Positions 41,712 through 55,126 of a DNA stretch of 64,000 nt are shown piece by piece. A program made the position numbers and the translations under genes. Every line of letters begins with the position of its first letter. Position 1 is the stretch's first letter. The DNA comes from Eledone cirrhosa. Its lineage: Eukaryota. A model generated the notes under the pieces. The model saw only the letters and a list, made by a program, of their open reading frames with translations, was not told the origin of the DNA and searched no databases. The stretch covers positions 156,984,001 to 157,048,000 of the forward strand of contig OZ024741.1 of NCBI GenBank assembly GCA_964016885.1. Reading direction: 5' to 3'.

Positions 41712-41780
<69 letters not shown>

Positions 41781-41783
<3 letters not shown>

Positions 41784-41912
41784 AGGAAAAGCGAAGTAGT
41801 TTCAGATGTTCAACTACTTCGCTTTTCCTTATTCGATATTTACTCCGTCACTCCTATGTGGAAAAAGTACGTTGAGTGCTTGAATTGAATTGCATCAATG
41901 TTTACCCTAATA
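41781..41912 (+). mobile_element. Short TA-embedded fold-back element plus tail
   Basis: 21-bp arms ataaggaaaagcgaagtagtt / aactacttcgcttttccttat; tail tactc...gagtgct. Confidence 0.75.
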
Positions 41913-42900
41913 ATATATATATATATATATATATTTATAAAACAGCAGATTAAAGTTTAAGCAAAGAATCGCTGCTTTCACCCTGAATGGGATCTTCTGA
42001 TATATATATATATATATATATATCTTCTGATATAAATATATATATTTATTTATTTAATTACATAATAAACAACACAATATGATTCTTTTCATTAGAAAGA
42101 TTTCTAGAAACTGGATGTTTCTTGCAAGAAACATCCAGTTCGCTCATTAGACAAAATAATTATCTGTGTAATTAAATAGTTCAAAATAGTTATTTATGTA
42201 ATTAAATAGCTCTGTACAATACATAGAGCACTCTTTTTTCCTTTACCTTTTCTATGGAAATACTTAACACACACACATATATATATATAGAGAGAGAGAG
42301 CAAAGTTGTACACAGAAAAATGAAACGTGCTAGATGAACAAAAGAAAGCATCTATCATCCTCGTCAATCATATCTTGGGCAATACAATTTCATGCATAAG
42401 AGTGGGATTGGATAATATTGAGCCCAGATTACACGATATCTTGAACAAGCCACTAGAAGATGCATACTAGACAACACAATAGGCAAGTACATAAACAAAT
42501 TGTAATGATTTCTAATTCGGACACAAGGCCAGTACATAAATAAAGAGATAATTGTTTCTACATTTGGCACAAAATAATAATAAAAGGTCTTACGACTGGA
42601 AACAAAACAGGATATGGTACAGGTATGTTGTACAAATTGTAACACAGGAAGGAGGGGGGAAATATATACTTTTAAGTCATAAAAATTGAGCACAGAAGAG
42701 AGCAAATAAATATGCGTTGTCTCTTTCTAAGCTAGTTAGTGAAAGAAAACAAGGCTGGTAATTAGGGGCCAGTAGCTGAATATGTATCAGCAAGTGGAGG
42801 GGAAATAGGAATGGAGAAAGAGTGGTCATGCTGGTAAGTAAACAGATAGGTAGATAGGTGAATGAAGGGATAGTAAGGGGGAACAAGGAATTCTATTTAC

Positions 42901-43048
42901 CTTCATTTGATAATGTATTTTCTGTCAATGAGATTCCATTATCTGCCAGGTTATCCATTCTAGGATTTGCATCAATATTCATTGGATATTGCATTTTCTC
43001 AGTTATATCTGCAGATATATCATTCATTTCATTCATTAGGATCACCAT
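42901..43048 (-). CDS. Candidate additional, possibly frameshifted, exon of the granin-like gene
   Basis: tttag acceptor, G|gtaaat donor; open acidic frame EMNDISADITEKMQYPMNIDANPRMDNLADNGISLTENTLSNE ending in phase 1; length 148 nt breaks phase 1-1 symmetry. Confidence 0.5.
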
Positions 43049-43422
43049 CTAAATTACGTGTATATATATAGTGTTATACTTGGGGAGGGTCATATTTGTG
43101 TAATAATATTGCCAGAATTAATAACAGAACACACTCACTGTTTGGTTGGTTTTCGCTTCTGTGTCTTTTATATCGGTTAATTTAATTTATTCGGTCCTCA
43201 ATGTTACCATTGGCTGACCAACGGTCAAAAATACAGATACAATATAGACACAAACACATATATATAGTCTAACAAAGTTATTTCGTTGCACATCTGCAAC
43301 ATCGTCAGTGGTGCTATTATGTTTCCTCCTGTTGTATAATTCACCATGTTGTATTGTATAGTTCACCAAACCGAGAACAATTATTTCACCTTAGTGGATC
43401 CTCAGCTCGTACTAGTTATATA

Positions 43423-43479
<57 letters not shown>

Positions 43480-43485
<6 letters not shown>

Positions 43486-43785
43486 CAAATATTAATAAAA
43501 TAGATGTTCTTTTTATCAATTACATTTTATTATACATATTTCAGATGTACAACAGTACGTCCTCATCAAACAAAATATAATGATACATGACATACCCTGA
43601 GATGTTAAATGGTTAAGATTTAAATCTGAAATATGTATAAGAAAATGTAATTGATAAAAAGAACATCTATTTTATTAATATTTGTATTTTAATATTAATA
43701 ACTCTGGAAAATTATTTTCCATAGAGTGCTTCCAATCTACTGTAAAACTCATTCTTTGATATACTCATTGAATCTTGTTTAACTC

Positions 43786-43790
<5 letters not shown>
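43480..43790 (+). mobile_element. TA-embedded fold-back element with hammerhead-like motif (43525-43575, minus)
   Basis: Arms 43480-43546 and 43623-43690; minus strand reads ttttgt-TTGATGA-ggacgtactgttgtacatct-GAAAT-ATGT-ATA-ataaaa. Confidence 0.8.
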
Positions 43791-43832
<42 letters not shown>

Positions 43833-44023
43833 ATATATATATATGTGTGTGTGTGGAGAGAGAGAGGTAAAATCCCGACCGTGGCGCCAAACCGCTTGAT
43901 CTCACGGTTTGGATTTATCTATGCCTATACCTACCACTACTCCGCATTTCCCCATGCATTGAGTACTCCCATTCTTAGTGGTCTCAGCACTGCAGACTCT
44001 CTCTCTCTCTCTCAATATATATA

Positions 44024-45193
44024 TAGGGTTTGTCCCAAAAGTAAGGGTACTGATGTTTTATTTAGATGAATATTAGAAGTACATAAAATGACAAGTGATC
44101 TTGTGCAAAATGCAACCCTTGGGAAGTCACACTGGTTTCATTTTATTTATTTTATTTTTCCCCCATTGATCGTAGCAGTACCGGAAGTCATTTTCCATGT
44201 GTCCTAAATTCGTCGGTTACAACTTTTTGTATGTTTTCCAGTCCCAAAGTGATGACCCTTCAACTTCGATTTCAACTCAGGGAAGAGACAGAAATCACAA
44301 TGAGCTATAGGGAGGCAGGTGGGGTGAATATTGGGAATGTTTATCTTTGCCAGAAATTCTCTAATTGAAAGTGCTGTGTCTTGCACAAATTTTTCTCATG
44401 TGCAAACGGTCTGTTAAAATTCTGTGAACTGCATTTTTATCTAAGTCTGTTTATTCTGCAACCATCCTAACAGTTAATCAGGGATCTTTCACCAAAGTCG
44501 CATGCACCACATTGTGTTAATTTTTCTTTTTTTATATATATATATCCAATATTTTATTCACATTTGTATAAATAACATTACAAATATGTTTTAAATATAT
44601 GCATAAATAACATTACAAATGCATAAGTAACATTATAAATTGCTCGCAATTCGTTCAGAAGAACATTACAGATATAATGTCATTGATAAACACAAATATA
44701 AACACATAAAAAGAGAGATAAAAAAGAAGAAAAACGACCATCAATTCACCACCAAGTGCGACAATCGACACACATCACATCATAAGGATTAGCTAAACAC
44801 TTTGAGGCAAGCCAATATGCTCGCAGCATTGCCACGGGTGATAGCGAAGCTAAGGCGCTGAAACAACCAGGCATCTTGACATCTTAAACCTAACTTCTCG
44901 ATAGAGTGTCATCTCCATAAATTTGAGTTAAAGAATGAAATGTTTCAGTGGCAGGTTTGTTGAATTTTACACAAAATTTGATCACGTGCCATTGTTCGAT
45001 ATTTTCCTGCATCGCAAACGTAACACCAATAACTCACAACTGATTTGATCAATCATGTTGAAACAAATATGTACATGCAACAAAGGCCATAACCAACACA
45101 CCTATATCCTATATACATTAACGATGTGTTGTTTTCCCATGTCATACATAGGAATATCAGGACCCAGGACCCTTACTTTTGGGACAAACCTCG
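44024..45193 (-). mobile_element. Decayed mariner element with TIRs
   Basis: TIRs gggtttgtcccaaaagtaagggtactg / caggacccttacttttgggacaaacctcg; remnant SIREFLAK...AHCDFCLFPELKSKLKGHHF. Confidence 0.88.
44521..44920 (-). mobile_element. CRE-like LINE 3' end nested in the mariner element
   Basis: Minus strand encodes AWLFQRLSFAITRGNAASILACLKVFS* (stop 44791-44789), then 3' UTR and A-rich tail (T run at 44520-44533). Confidence 0.7.
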
Positions 45194-45203
45194 TGTATAT
45201 ATA

Positions 45204-45625
45204 TGGAGGCACATGGCTTCAATGGAGGCACATGGCTTAGTGGTTAGAGCATTCACCTTGCAATCGAAAGGTTGTGAGTTCAATTCTCAGACCGGGTGAT
45301 GTGTTGTTTCCTTGAGCAAGACACTTTATTTCACATTGCTCCAATTTACTCAGCTGTAGAAATGAGATGATAGGGACTGGGGTCCCTATCATTCCACTGT
45401 AAAGTGGTCGTGTAGGCGCCACGGCAAAAAAGCACCCAGCACTCACTGTAAATGAGGTTGGTGTTAGGAAGGGCATCCAGCTGTAGAAATCAAGCCAGAA
45501 TCAGTTCCTGTATGAGCAAGACAAGGTCAACCGACCGGACACTGCCCACAACAGGACAACCCATCTAACCCATGCTAGCATGGAAGAACGGACGTAAAAC
45601 GGTGATGATGATGATGATGATGATG
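45204..45625 (+). mobile_element. SINE family B with duplicated 5' end
   Basis: ggaggcacatggctt occurs twice; matches 19211-19550 and the RTE 3' UTR. Confidence 0.9.
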
Positions 45626-46460
45626 AAACATAGAAGAATCAATAGGAAAAAACAATACAAGAAAATAATTGTTTCTATTTTAGGCACAAGGCCAGCAATA
45701 CAATTCAATAATACTACATTAGTTAATACTTGATAGAGTAGGAAAAGACTCTTAACATTTCCGACACAAGTCCTTCGTTGGAAGATAGAACCAGAGAAGA
45801 TGGTATGTTTGAGAGAAAGAAGAAAGAAAACAGACAGACAAGGGTAAAAAAGAAAAAAGGGGGAATGAGAGAGAGAAAATGTACTTCATTAGCTAGCCAT
45901 CTTGGAAAAGGCAATTGGAAATACAGACATATTTCATCATTATTTAGTGTCCGCTTTCCCTGCTAACAAGGGGTGAATGGATGCATTTTATAGTGGCATT
46001 AGCACTAGAGAGGAGGTTATGTCTTTGGCACAACTGAAAAGTACTGTCAACCCTTTGACAGGTTTTCTATGATTGGATACCTTTCCTATCACCAATCACT
46101 TTACCAAGTGTACTGGGGGCATTTTATTGTAACCACTCCAACAGTTTGTACCCTTGACAAAACTGAAGAGTCCTTTCATCTCTTTTTTACATGGTTTCTA
46201 GGGTGCATTTCCTATAATCAACCACTTTATATGGGGTGTGGGGTTCATTTTTCATGGCACTGTCTCTATATAGATGAGAGAAACCCCAATGCTGATAACA
46301 AACACTCAGCAAGGAATAGACATAATTCCTGAAAAAGTGGTTACAACAGGACCCAGATTCTAGCAATCACTGCATGAATAACAAAAACAAAATTGCACTA
46401 CAGGGTCAGCCAAAATTCTATATGTGCTCATGTCCTGAGATTATTATATAAGAAGTATAT

Positions 46461-46650
46461 AGGGTGGCGATTTGGCAGTATCGGTAGAGGGTTGGACGCC
46501 ATGCTTTATAGCATAGTTACGTCCTATTACGGTCTGAGTTCAAATCCCATCGAGGTTAACTTTGCCTTTCATCCCTACGGAGTCGATAAAATAAAGTACC
46601 AGTAATGTACTGGGTAATTGCTGGCCTTGTGCCAAAAGTAGAAACAATTA
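46461..46650 (+). mobile_element. SINE family A with target-site duplication
   Basis: Flanked by attatataagaagtata on both sides (near 46443 and 46647). Confidence 0.9.
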
Positions 46651-47254
46651 TATAAGAAGTATATAATATATCATGATTTTATTCCAAATAGCACAGGTTT
46701 TTTTATATCAATTGTAAATTGTAAATCAGTTATAAGAGTGATGATGTCTTCATTTGAACCTTTTTGATATTAAGCCATCTGAAACCACCGCTAGTTTGAT
46801 GACAAAAAACTCTTTTAAATTGTTTATATTTATGCAAAAAAAATGTCCATCATAATTTTATATATTAACCTTTGTTAAATTATGTCACTAACACCAACCT
46901 AGTAATGAGAAAATTATTTTCCTAATTCCCTCTAAATTCTAGAAAATTATTATATTAATTTCAGTTTAATTATTAAATCAAGATCCAATTCCAATAAGTC
47001 TGTTTTATGTTTTATGGTGACCAGGAAATAATAATGTTATTGTAAAAATAATTAAAATGAAAATTTTCTCAAATGATAATTTATACCATTGACAAATATA
47101 AAAATGTAATAAATAAACATAAAAGTAATTTTTAAAATGTTTCATATTTTCCACCTTCCTTACCCCTGTTCTAACTCCCTAAAGGGCTTCCTTGAGACAC
47201 CCCTCCCCCATAAGGTAGAGAGGGTTCTTCAGTCAAGCCAATGACTGACAACCC

Positions 47255-47600
47255 TCCTAGTGCTGGTGCCACAATAAAATACACCCATTCCATGCTGTAA
47301 AATGTTAGTTCTGTTGCAAAAATAAAATCCACCCAGCCCACCCTGTAAAGTGTTAGTGCTGGTGTCATGCTAAAATGCACCCAGTACACCCTGTAAAGAG
47401 TTAGTGCTGCTGCAATGACAAGATACACTCAGTCAACCATGACAGGTGCTGGTGACATAATAAAATGTACACAGTACATTCTGTAAAGCGGTTGGCATTA
47501 GAAAAGGCAGCCAACTATAGAAACCATGTCAAAATGGTATGTATGAGCAAGACATGGTCATCTACCTTGTCTTGTCTAAGAACATATAACTCAGCCAACA
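47255..47600 (+). repeat. Degenerate ~50-bp tandem units of an RTE-type 3' UTR
   Basis: tagtgctggtg...cacccag...ctgtaaag repeated 4-5 times, followed by RTE tail sequence. Confidence 0.65.
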
Positions 47601-48501
47601 CAGTAAACAAAAATAAAAAAGTGATAATGAGGAAATATAAAATAAAAAAAAACAGTTTACCCTTTTATCTTATATTTCATTATATTTCAATGTTAGGAGA
47701 GATGAAGTGTGGTGTTGATGGAAAGCAGAACTTTCCTTTATTTTGAAAAATATGAAATATAAAGTAAACTGTTACTTTTTTTGTTTGTTTGGCTTACTTT
47801 ACATTAATGTTCATGCTTTTATTTCCAATATGTACCAGCGTTCCCCATATAATCCTAACCACACATTCCATAATGCTTTATACAAACTATAACTAAAGAA
47901 TTACTTTAATGCATATCTTGTGCATATCTAGTTTAGTATAAGTACACCATATCCCTATATGTCATAACGGTTGACTAAATGAATTTGTGCCAGGAAGGGC
48001 ATCAAACTATATTGCCTCAAAAAGAGGCTTCATGGTGTGTATGAAGCTTTAAAACATTTGTTATCGCTGATAAAAAAAATTCTAAAATGTTACCTGAAAA
48101 TTTTCCATAATAAACTTTCAAGTAACATATTTTCAAAATCTGAAATAAAATGTATTATTGCTAAAAAAGAAGTTATTTACCCTTTTGATATCAAACTACC
48201 TGAAACTGCCCCTGAATCTATGATACAAAGCTGTTAGTTTTAAACTGATTATATTTATCAAAAATACCTATCATAATTTTATGTAAAAACCTTTGTTAAG
48301 TTATATTCCAAACACCAGATTAAAAACAAAAAAAGTTAGTTACATACCTAAATCCCTCCAAATTCTTGATTATTTTCAAAATAATTTGCAAACTATAGGT
48401 ATTGTATTGCATTAGAAATATGATTATGGAAGGGTTAAATATTTAAATGGTAAAGTCATTTATGAGCCACACTGTATATATAATTATGAAGGTTGTCTTA
48501 C

Positions 48502-49002
48502 CTGTGGATGGAATATTTGGTCTGTTGTCTTGTAACATCTGGAGTCTGTTATCTGGTATTTCATACATTAATGGTAACTGGGCATTTTCCCTAAAAGACT
48601 CACTATTCCTTAGATTGTTCTGGTAGGTGTCTTGGTTAATGCTATAGTCACTGTCTTTATTGTTGTTTTCGAAATTGTTTACCGCTAGTTTCATATTTGG
48701 CCAAGATCTCTTGTTTACCGAGCTTTTAATATCATTGGAACGCTTATCAAATCTTCGGAGATATTCCAATGCTAGTTGGTCCAAAGCTTCTTCAGTATCT
48801 GTGTCAATATCCTGGCCTTCTAGTTCTTCCATCAACTTCTCTACTTTAATGGCTTTCTGTAGGTCAGTGACTTCTCTTGGAATTGATTCCACTGCATCCT
48901 GTGTTGATTGAGAAATGGTTGCGGCTTTGAGGGCGTCAGTCAAATAATCTATCTCCATTCCTTCCAATTTGTGTTTGATCCACAGTTTGGCGATGATTTC
49001 AG
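48502..49002 (-). CDS. Second coding exon of secreted granin/prohormone-like protein
   Basis: Acceptor tttttttaatgaaaag at 49004-49003, donor G|gtaaga at 48501; 501 nt, phase 1-1; EIIAKLWIKHKLEGMEIDYLTDALKAAT...LRRFDKRSNDIKSSVNKRSWPN. Confidence 0.88.
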
Positions 49003-50244
49003 CTTTTCATTAAAAAAAGAAAGAAAGAAAAAAGAAAGGAATTAAATTAAATGAATTCAAAGGGGGAAAATGCAAATTCTAACTTGGAAGGCGAAAAAGA
49101 AAAAAGAAAAAGGGAACAGGAAATATTTCTAAGTTTGTTGTTGTTGCTATTTAGCTCAGGGTTATCCATGACTTAAAAGCCGAGGTCATCAGTGACTTGA
49201 AGCAAAAATAGGCCTTTTTGGCATAAGGCCAGCAACTTGGCTTAAAGGGAAATGTCATCATCATCGTCATCATTTTATATTAGCAATTTCGAGTGATGGA
49301 AAAATTGATCTTATCACCCCCAATACTTGACTGGTATTATATTTTATAGACCCCAGACAGAGGAAAGATAATGTTGATCATGGGAGCATTTGAACTTAGA
49401 ACCCAAAGAGCTGAAACAAATATCAAAAACCATTTTGCCTCATGCTCTAACAACTCTTCCCATGCACCACTCTGTAGACTACTGAATAATAATAACATAA
49501 GGTTTCTTTAGCAATCAGTTGCTAAGTGAAGCATTCTAAAAGTCTAAAGTCAGTCTTAAGCCAGAAGGTTCATTTGGCCAGTCCATCACAGGGTTAAACC
49601 CCCAGCTATTGCTGGTACTCATTTTCAGCTGAGAATACTGGAGCAATATGAAATGAAGTGTCCTGCTCAAGAACACAACTCACCATCCAGGAATTGAACC
49701 CACACCATTATGATCGCGGTGAAGAATTAATTAGCTTCAAATCAGTTCCTGATCTCAAGAGCTCAATATATTGTGTAAGATTCTGTCAATGTTAGTCATG
49801 ATAGAAATTTAGACACTACCTATGAAGTCAGAGATCCTAAGGCTTTTGATGAAAGATACAAGGTGTTTAGTGACTATGCTTAGTACCCCAATGACAATTG
49901 GCACAACTTCTGTCCCTACATAGTACTAATTTCTAATAGTACCTGCAAGGGCTACATACTTATTGATCTTTTCCATTTCCTTTTCAGCCACAATAGACTT
50001 GAGAGACTGCAATATCAATTAGAGTCCATTTTGGTGGGAGGGCCTTGTTTTTACAACAATATCAGGGTAGTTTTAATAATAATAATAATAGTAATAATAA
50101 TAATAATAATAATAGTATTAGTAGTAGTTTCAATATAATAGAAACAACAGTACTAAAACATACCTCTACACATATCCAAGGAACACAGAGCTATATTACA
50201 TCATGTAGTGATAGCATGTGATAAAAATAAGACTAATGATTATG

Positions 50245-50425
50245 ATAATTGTTTCTACTTTTGGCACAAGGCCAGCAATTACCCAGTGCATTACTGGTAC
50301 TTTATTTTATCGACCCCGTAAGGATGAAAGCCAAAGTTAACCTCGGCGGGATTTGAAGTCAGAATGGCAAGGGCCATAACTCTATGCGTCAAAGCATGGT
50401 GTCCAACCCTCTACAGATACTGCCA
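50245..50425 (-). mobile_element. SINE family A in the intron
   Basis: Reverse complement match; lies about 55 bp into the intron. Confidence 0.9.
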
Positions 50426-50480
50426 ATGATAATAATAACAATAATAATAACAATAATGATAATAAATGGAGTGTACCAAC

Positions 50481-51777
50481 CTATGTCTGGTGATGCTATT
50501 TGTTGGTTTTCAGCAGTAAAATCTAATGATTGCGTCTCTGTACTCTCATCATCATCATCATCATCTTCTTCTTCATCTTGTAATGAATCAGAAGCAGGTA
50601 TTAAATCTTCTGCAATGCTGGTCCGTGGCACCCATCGATTTCCAACAACAGCATCCTTTTCCATATACCTCTCATCTTTATTTTCATCTTGATCACCAAA
50701 GCTTTTGATATCAGCATTAACATTATCATCAGCAGCCTCATTCATGAACTGTTTTTGGAGACGCTGTAACCTGTCTAATTTTGCTAGATCACTTATGCTC
50801 ATTTCCATTAAATCGTTATTAGATGGATCATTAACAATTAGATTATCAGGTTGTTCTTTTTCCATTTGTCTACCAAGTTGTCTTTTTCGATAATTACTCT
50901 CTGCTGCTGAATCACTGTATCCATCTGACATAGCATTGTTTTGGATTAAATCTTGTAGCTCAGCTTGACTCAGGGCTGTTGTATCATCATCTGCATCTTC
51001 GAATTTTCCTCTCTTCCTGTCTTGTTTTTTAACAGCTGCTAAGTCATCCATACTATGTTGCTTTTCAAGTTTTTCATTTTGCAAATGACCAGCGAGTAAA
51101 ATCAATCTTTCTATTTCTTCTGGAGTTAAGTTGTTGAATGGAGATTCTACAGCATCAGAATTCTGTGGTGCTGGAGACTCTACAGTTTCAGAGTTCCATG
51201 GCTCCATGATATTATTATTCTGTTTGACCATTTTCTTGGCATATTTATTATAAAGTCTTTTGTAGTCTGATTCTGAACCAAGAGAAAACCTCTTCTTTTC
51301 TGCTAGTTCTTCTTCTTTTGCAGCTGAACGCTCAAGTAGATTCAAGCGCCTGTTACTGTCTCTTGAAAGTTCACCAGGGTCTCCAATCTCTCTCATCAAA
51401 CTTTCTACATCACTGGCTTCTTCTGGTCCATAATAAACCAAGTTTCTATTATTGGAAACTGCTTCATTCAAATTTCCAGCATCATCATCACCATCAGCAG
51501 CACCACCAACATCCTCATCATCAACCTCATTGTCAACTTCATCCTGGCTATCTATTATGACAGGCTGTTCTTGAAATTGTATCCCTTCCCGGGGGAGAGC
51601 CTCTTCGGCTGCATGGAGCTCAAAACGCCGCCTCTCACGCTCAAGTACACGCAAAGCTTCATGTAGGTCACTTGGGTTTTCAGACGGGTCAACAATGCTT
51701 CTTTTTCTCCAAGTCAAGCTCAGTGTTCCATACGCACATAGTGCTAACAGTAGGAGGGCTGTTTGAATGGGCCACAT
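50481..51777 (-). CDS. First coding exon of secreted acidic granin/neuropeptide-precursor-like protein
   Basis: ATG at 51777 after acceptor ttttgtttttcag (51795-51793); signal-peptide-like MWPIQTALLLLALCAYGTLS; 432 open codons rich in D/E with RKR, RRR, KKR and KR sites; donor G|gttggt at 50480 in phase with the next exon. Confidence 0.92.
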
Positions 51778-52095
51778 TTAGGATTGCATCAACTGAAAAA
51801 CAAAATGAAAAATAGCCATTCAGACAGAAGTTCATCATCCACTATTTTACATTTATTTTCCATGGTGGCATATATATGCTGGGTTGTCATGATCCAAGAT
51901 TTGACAGATCAGATAAACCTGCCTTGCTTGTATGTTCCAAAAATGATTTTAAAATGTTCACTGAGATATTTTTAGAATTTAAAAAACAAAGAAATGTAAT
52001 GGTTTAGTAAGAGAAGGAAGTTGATTGTTTTTTCAAGTTTGACACTTCTATCAATCTCTTTTTGCTAATCTTTGAGACATAGACAAATAATATAT

Positions 52096-52128
<33 letters not shown>

Positions 52129-52129
<1 letters not shown>

Positions 52130-52320
52130 TTAATATAGAAATGGCTTCTACGGGACTAGAACTGTTTCATTTGAAGGTTATCATCAGGGCTTTCCTGACG
52201 ATTTCCTTCAAATGAAACAGTTCTAGTCTTGTAGAAGCCATTCTATATTAAATATTTATACTCTGCTATGTATTGAGTACCTTACTTACTGAGGTTACCC
52301 CTGATTGAACCCAGGATACA
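52129..52320 (+). mobile_element. TA-embedded fold-back element with truncated hammerhead cores in both arms
   Basis: Hairpin ~52129-52252; + strand CTGACGA...GAAACagttctaGTC, minus strand CTGATGA...GAAAC...GTC; tail tactc...gagtac. Confidence 0.8.
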
Positions 52321-52825
52321 CACACACACACACACACATATATATATCAAAAAGAGTGATCTGATTTTAATAGCCTGAAATGTATGTAAAAGTTGTAAAT
52401 AACTATAAAAATCTATAAAAGTTAAGGAAAAGAATAAAACTGTATATCCAAACATATATTGTACAAGTTACCACATGATTATATGGTCATTTGTTTCAAA
52501 AATATAACCTTTTGAAATTGGATGATTCTTTTTGTCCTATATATGTGTATGTGTGTGTGTGTGTATATTTATATTAACAATTTTACTTATTTTTGCTTTA
52601 CCAACTGGTTCATGCCCTTAAATACTGCCAGCAGTAAAATAAAAAAAGTAATCTACTCTTAGATCATCAACTACATACAACAACATTGTAATATATATAT
52701 ATCATCATTGCCATCATCATCATTTTGTGTCTGCTTTCCTCAGTCACATGTGTTGGATGGATTGTCATGATCTGAGACTGATAGGTCAGAGCAACTAATG
52801 CTGCTCATTATATTTAGCATGGTTG

Positions 52826-53048
52826 AGGGCAGTGGATTAGTTGTATCAGTAGAGTGCCAGACAACATGCTCTTCAGCAAATAGTTACAGTTCTTTATGTT
52901 CTGAGTTCAAATCCCGCCGAGGTGAGTTTTGCCTCTCATCCTTACAGAGTCGATAAAATAAAGCACCAGTAATGTACTGGGGTCGATTTAATCAGCTTTC
53001 CACTCCACCTAAAATTACTGGCCTTGTGCCTAAATCAGAAACCATTAT
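52826..53048 (+). mobile_element. SINE family A (long-core variant)
   Basis: Match to 33177-33400; flanking attatatttagcatggtt duplicated as TSD. Confidence 0.88.
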
Positions 53049-53675
53049 ATTTAGCATGGTTTCTATGGCCAGATGCCCTTCCTTACAACGTTTTCATGGC
53101 ACCAACACTATCAATTCACAGAATGGATTGACTGCATTTTATTGTGGAACAAACAATAACACTTTACAAAGTGTACTTGGTACATTTTATCATGACACCA
53201 GCACTAGAAAGGTTGTCACATACTTGACCAGACTGAAGATTCCTCTCAAACCCTATATTGTCTTCATTGAATTGGCAAACACTGTAGCTTCCAGTTTATT
53301 TTTAGTGTTGCATATATGTAATGCTCAACTGGGTTCTGTATCTCCTAAGGCTGGCCATGTAAATGGCAAAGAATAAGGGGAAGGAATGCAGGTAATTATA
53401 AATCGTTTGACATGTGAAGTGATGAAAATATTGTTCCTTAACTGAAATAATATAATGCAAGTTATTAAACAAATAGTGGCAGCCACTAATGAAGGAACCA
53501 GATAGTTTTAATGAAAATGGTTATAACACTGTTGTAGGACATGAGATAGCTGTCATAAGAATACACATTGGTATTCCATCAGCTTTATTTATTTATTTGG
53601 TCGGTTTTTGCTTTTTACCACAAATTACATGAAATCCCATTAGAAATATCTAATATCATATAACAGCAATTACTT

Positions 53676-53711
<36 letters not shown>

Positions 53712-53922
53712 ATAGTAATAATAATAATAAGGAGAAGGATTGAAGTATCAATATGACATCTATATGTTTATAGGTTTATTCACACATGATTTCACACTTG
53801 ATCAATCATTTCACAATGGATTCAATCCATAAGTATGATAAGCTACCGATCTTACGTTGAACTGATCAATTGCAAAATATGCATCACATATGATATAGGT
53901 GTCGAAATGGCCTGACTCTTTT

Positions 53923-54009
<87 letters not shown>

Positions 54010-54677
54010 TAGCCGTACTAAGAGTGAGAAATGAAATTTCGTTTCATTTTTTCTGTTTATATATGTATGTTTATATATAAATATATATATATATTTATAT
54101 ATAAACATACATTTATATATATATATATATATATAACACATGTATTCTTGTATCAGTGTTCATCCCTCTCATATATTCAAGTGTATTACACAGCTCGGAA
54201 AGATTCCCTTCCTTGAGCTATTTAATTGTAAAAGACTATTTTGAGTTTCTAACTCAATATATGATATTCTCGGCTTCATACGTAGAGTTAACTTTAGTCC
54301 CATAAAACCGGCTGCTATTTTTAGCGGCATGAGTATGAGACGCGTTAGGCGATGTAACATGTGCATTTACCAACACATAGTTCAGTCTTCTTAGATCTTT
54401 TGAAGCGAAAGGTACAAATTTCCTGGATACCCGCAGAAGAGCACAGGAATGGTGACTTTCACTTAATAATTGTTGCGAAACAGATTTAGATCTGTCCGGG
54501 TATCAACGGCGATTGCCCGATATAGGTTTGTTATTTTTATTGATTTATTACTTTAAATCGAGACAGGCAAACCATATTGTTTTAAATTAGTATTTTTAAA
54601 CCTAGCTAACTTGGTCATTTGCAATTGGAATACATGTATACTTATATCTTCTGTTCATCCCTCTCATGTTTCAATTG

Positions 54678-54723
<46 letters not shown>

Positions 54724-55126
54724 CGAGGGCAATCCCAAAAGTAAGGTCTCCTACCGATATTACAACTTCGATATTGCAACTTTTCCGTTAAAATCCTGTG
54801 GATGGTGCTTCGGGAAACCTCAGGAACCAAAATGCAGAGACCATCCAGAGTGATCCGCCGATCTTTACACATGTTTTCCTCGGAAGGAGACCTTACTTTT
54901 GGGATTGCCCTCTATATAATAACTGCGTGAAATTCGCACTTGGCGGTAGCGTTCAACGGGAGCTCCATTCTCAACGGCTGCCAAGCCAAGATTGAGCATC
55001 CCAGCGAAGTGCGTGCATGCTTGTTTGGGAGTGAAGGAAGCACCAATTGCAACTGTTGCCAACAGCCATATGAACAGTTTCTCTGTGTCCCCATCGCTTT
55101 GGAGACCTTACTTTTGGGATTACCCT

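Noticed and set aside
50389-50480. C-terminal hydrophobic tail (FIIIIVIIIVIIIIG) of the 462-aa ORF as a transmembrane helix
   Set aside because: It is read-through past the splice donor at 50480 into an (ATT)n tract and a SINE.
53700-53925. Another fold-back element
   Set aside because: Inverted similarity is too degraded to define arms, tail or ribozyme.
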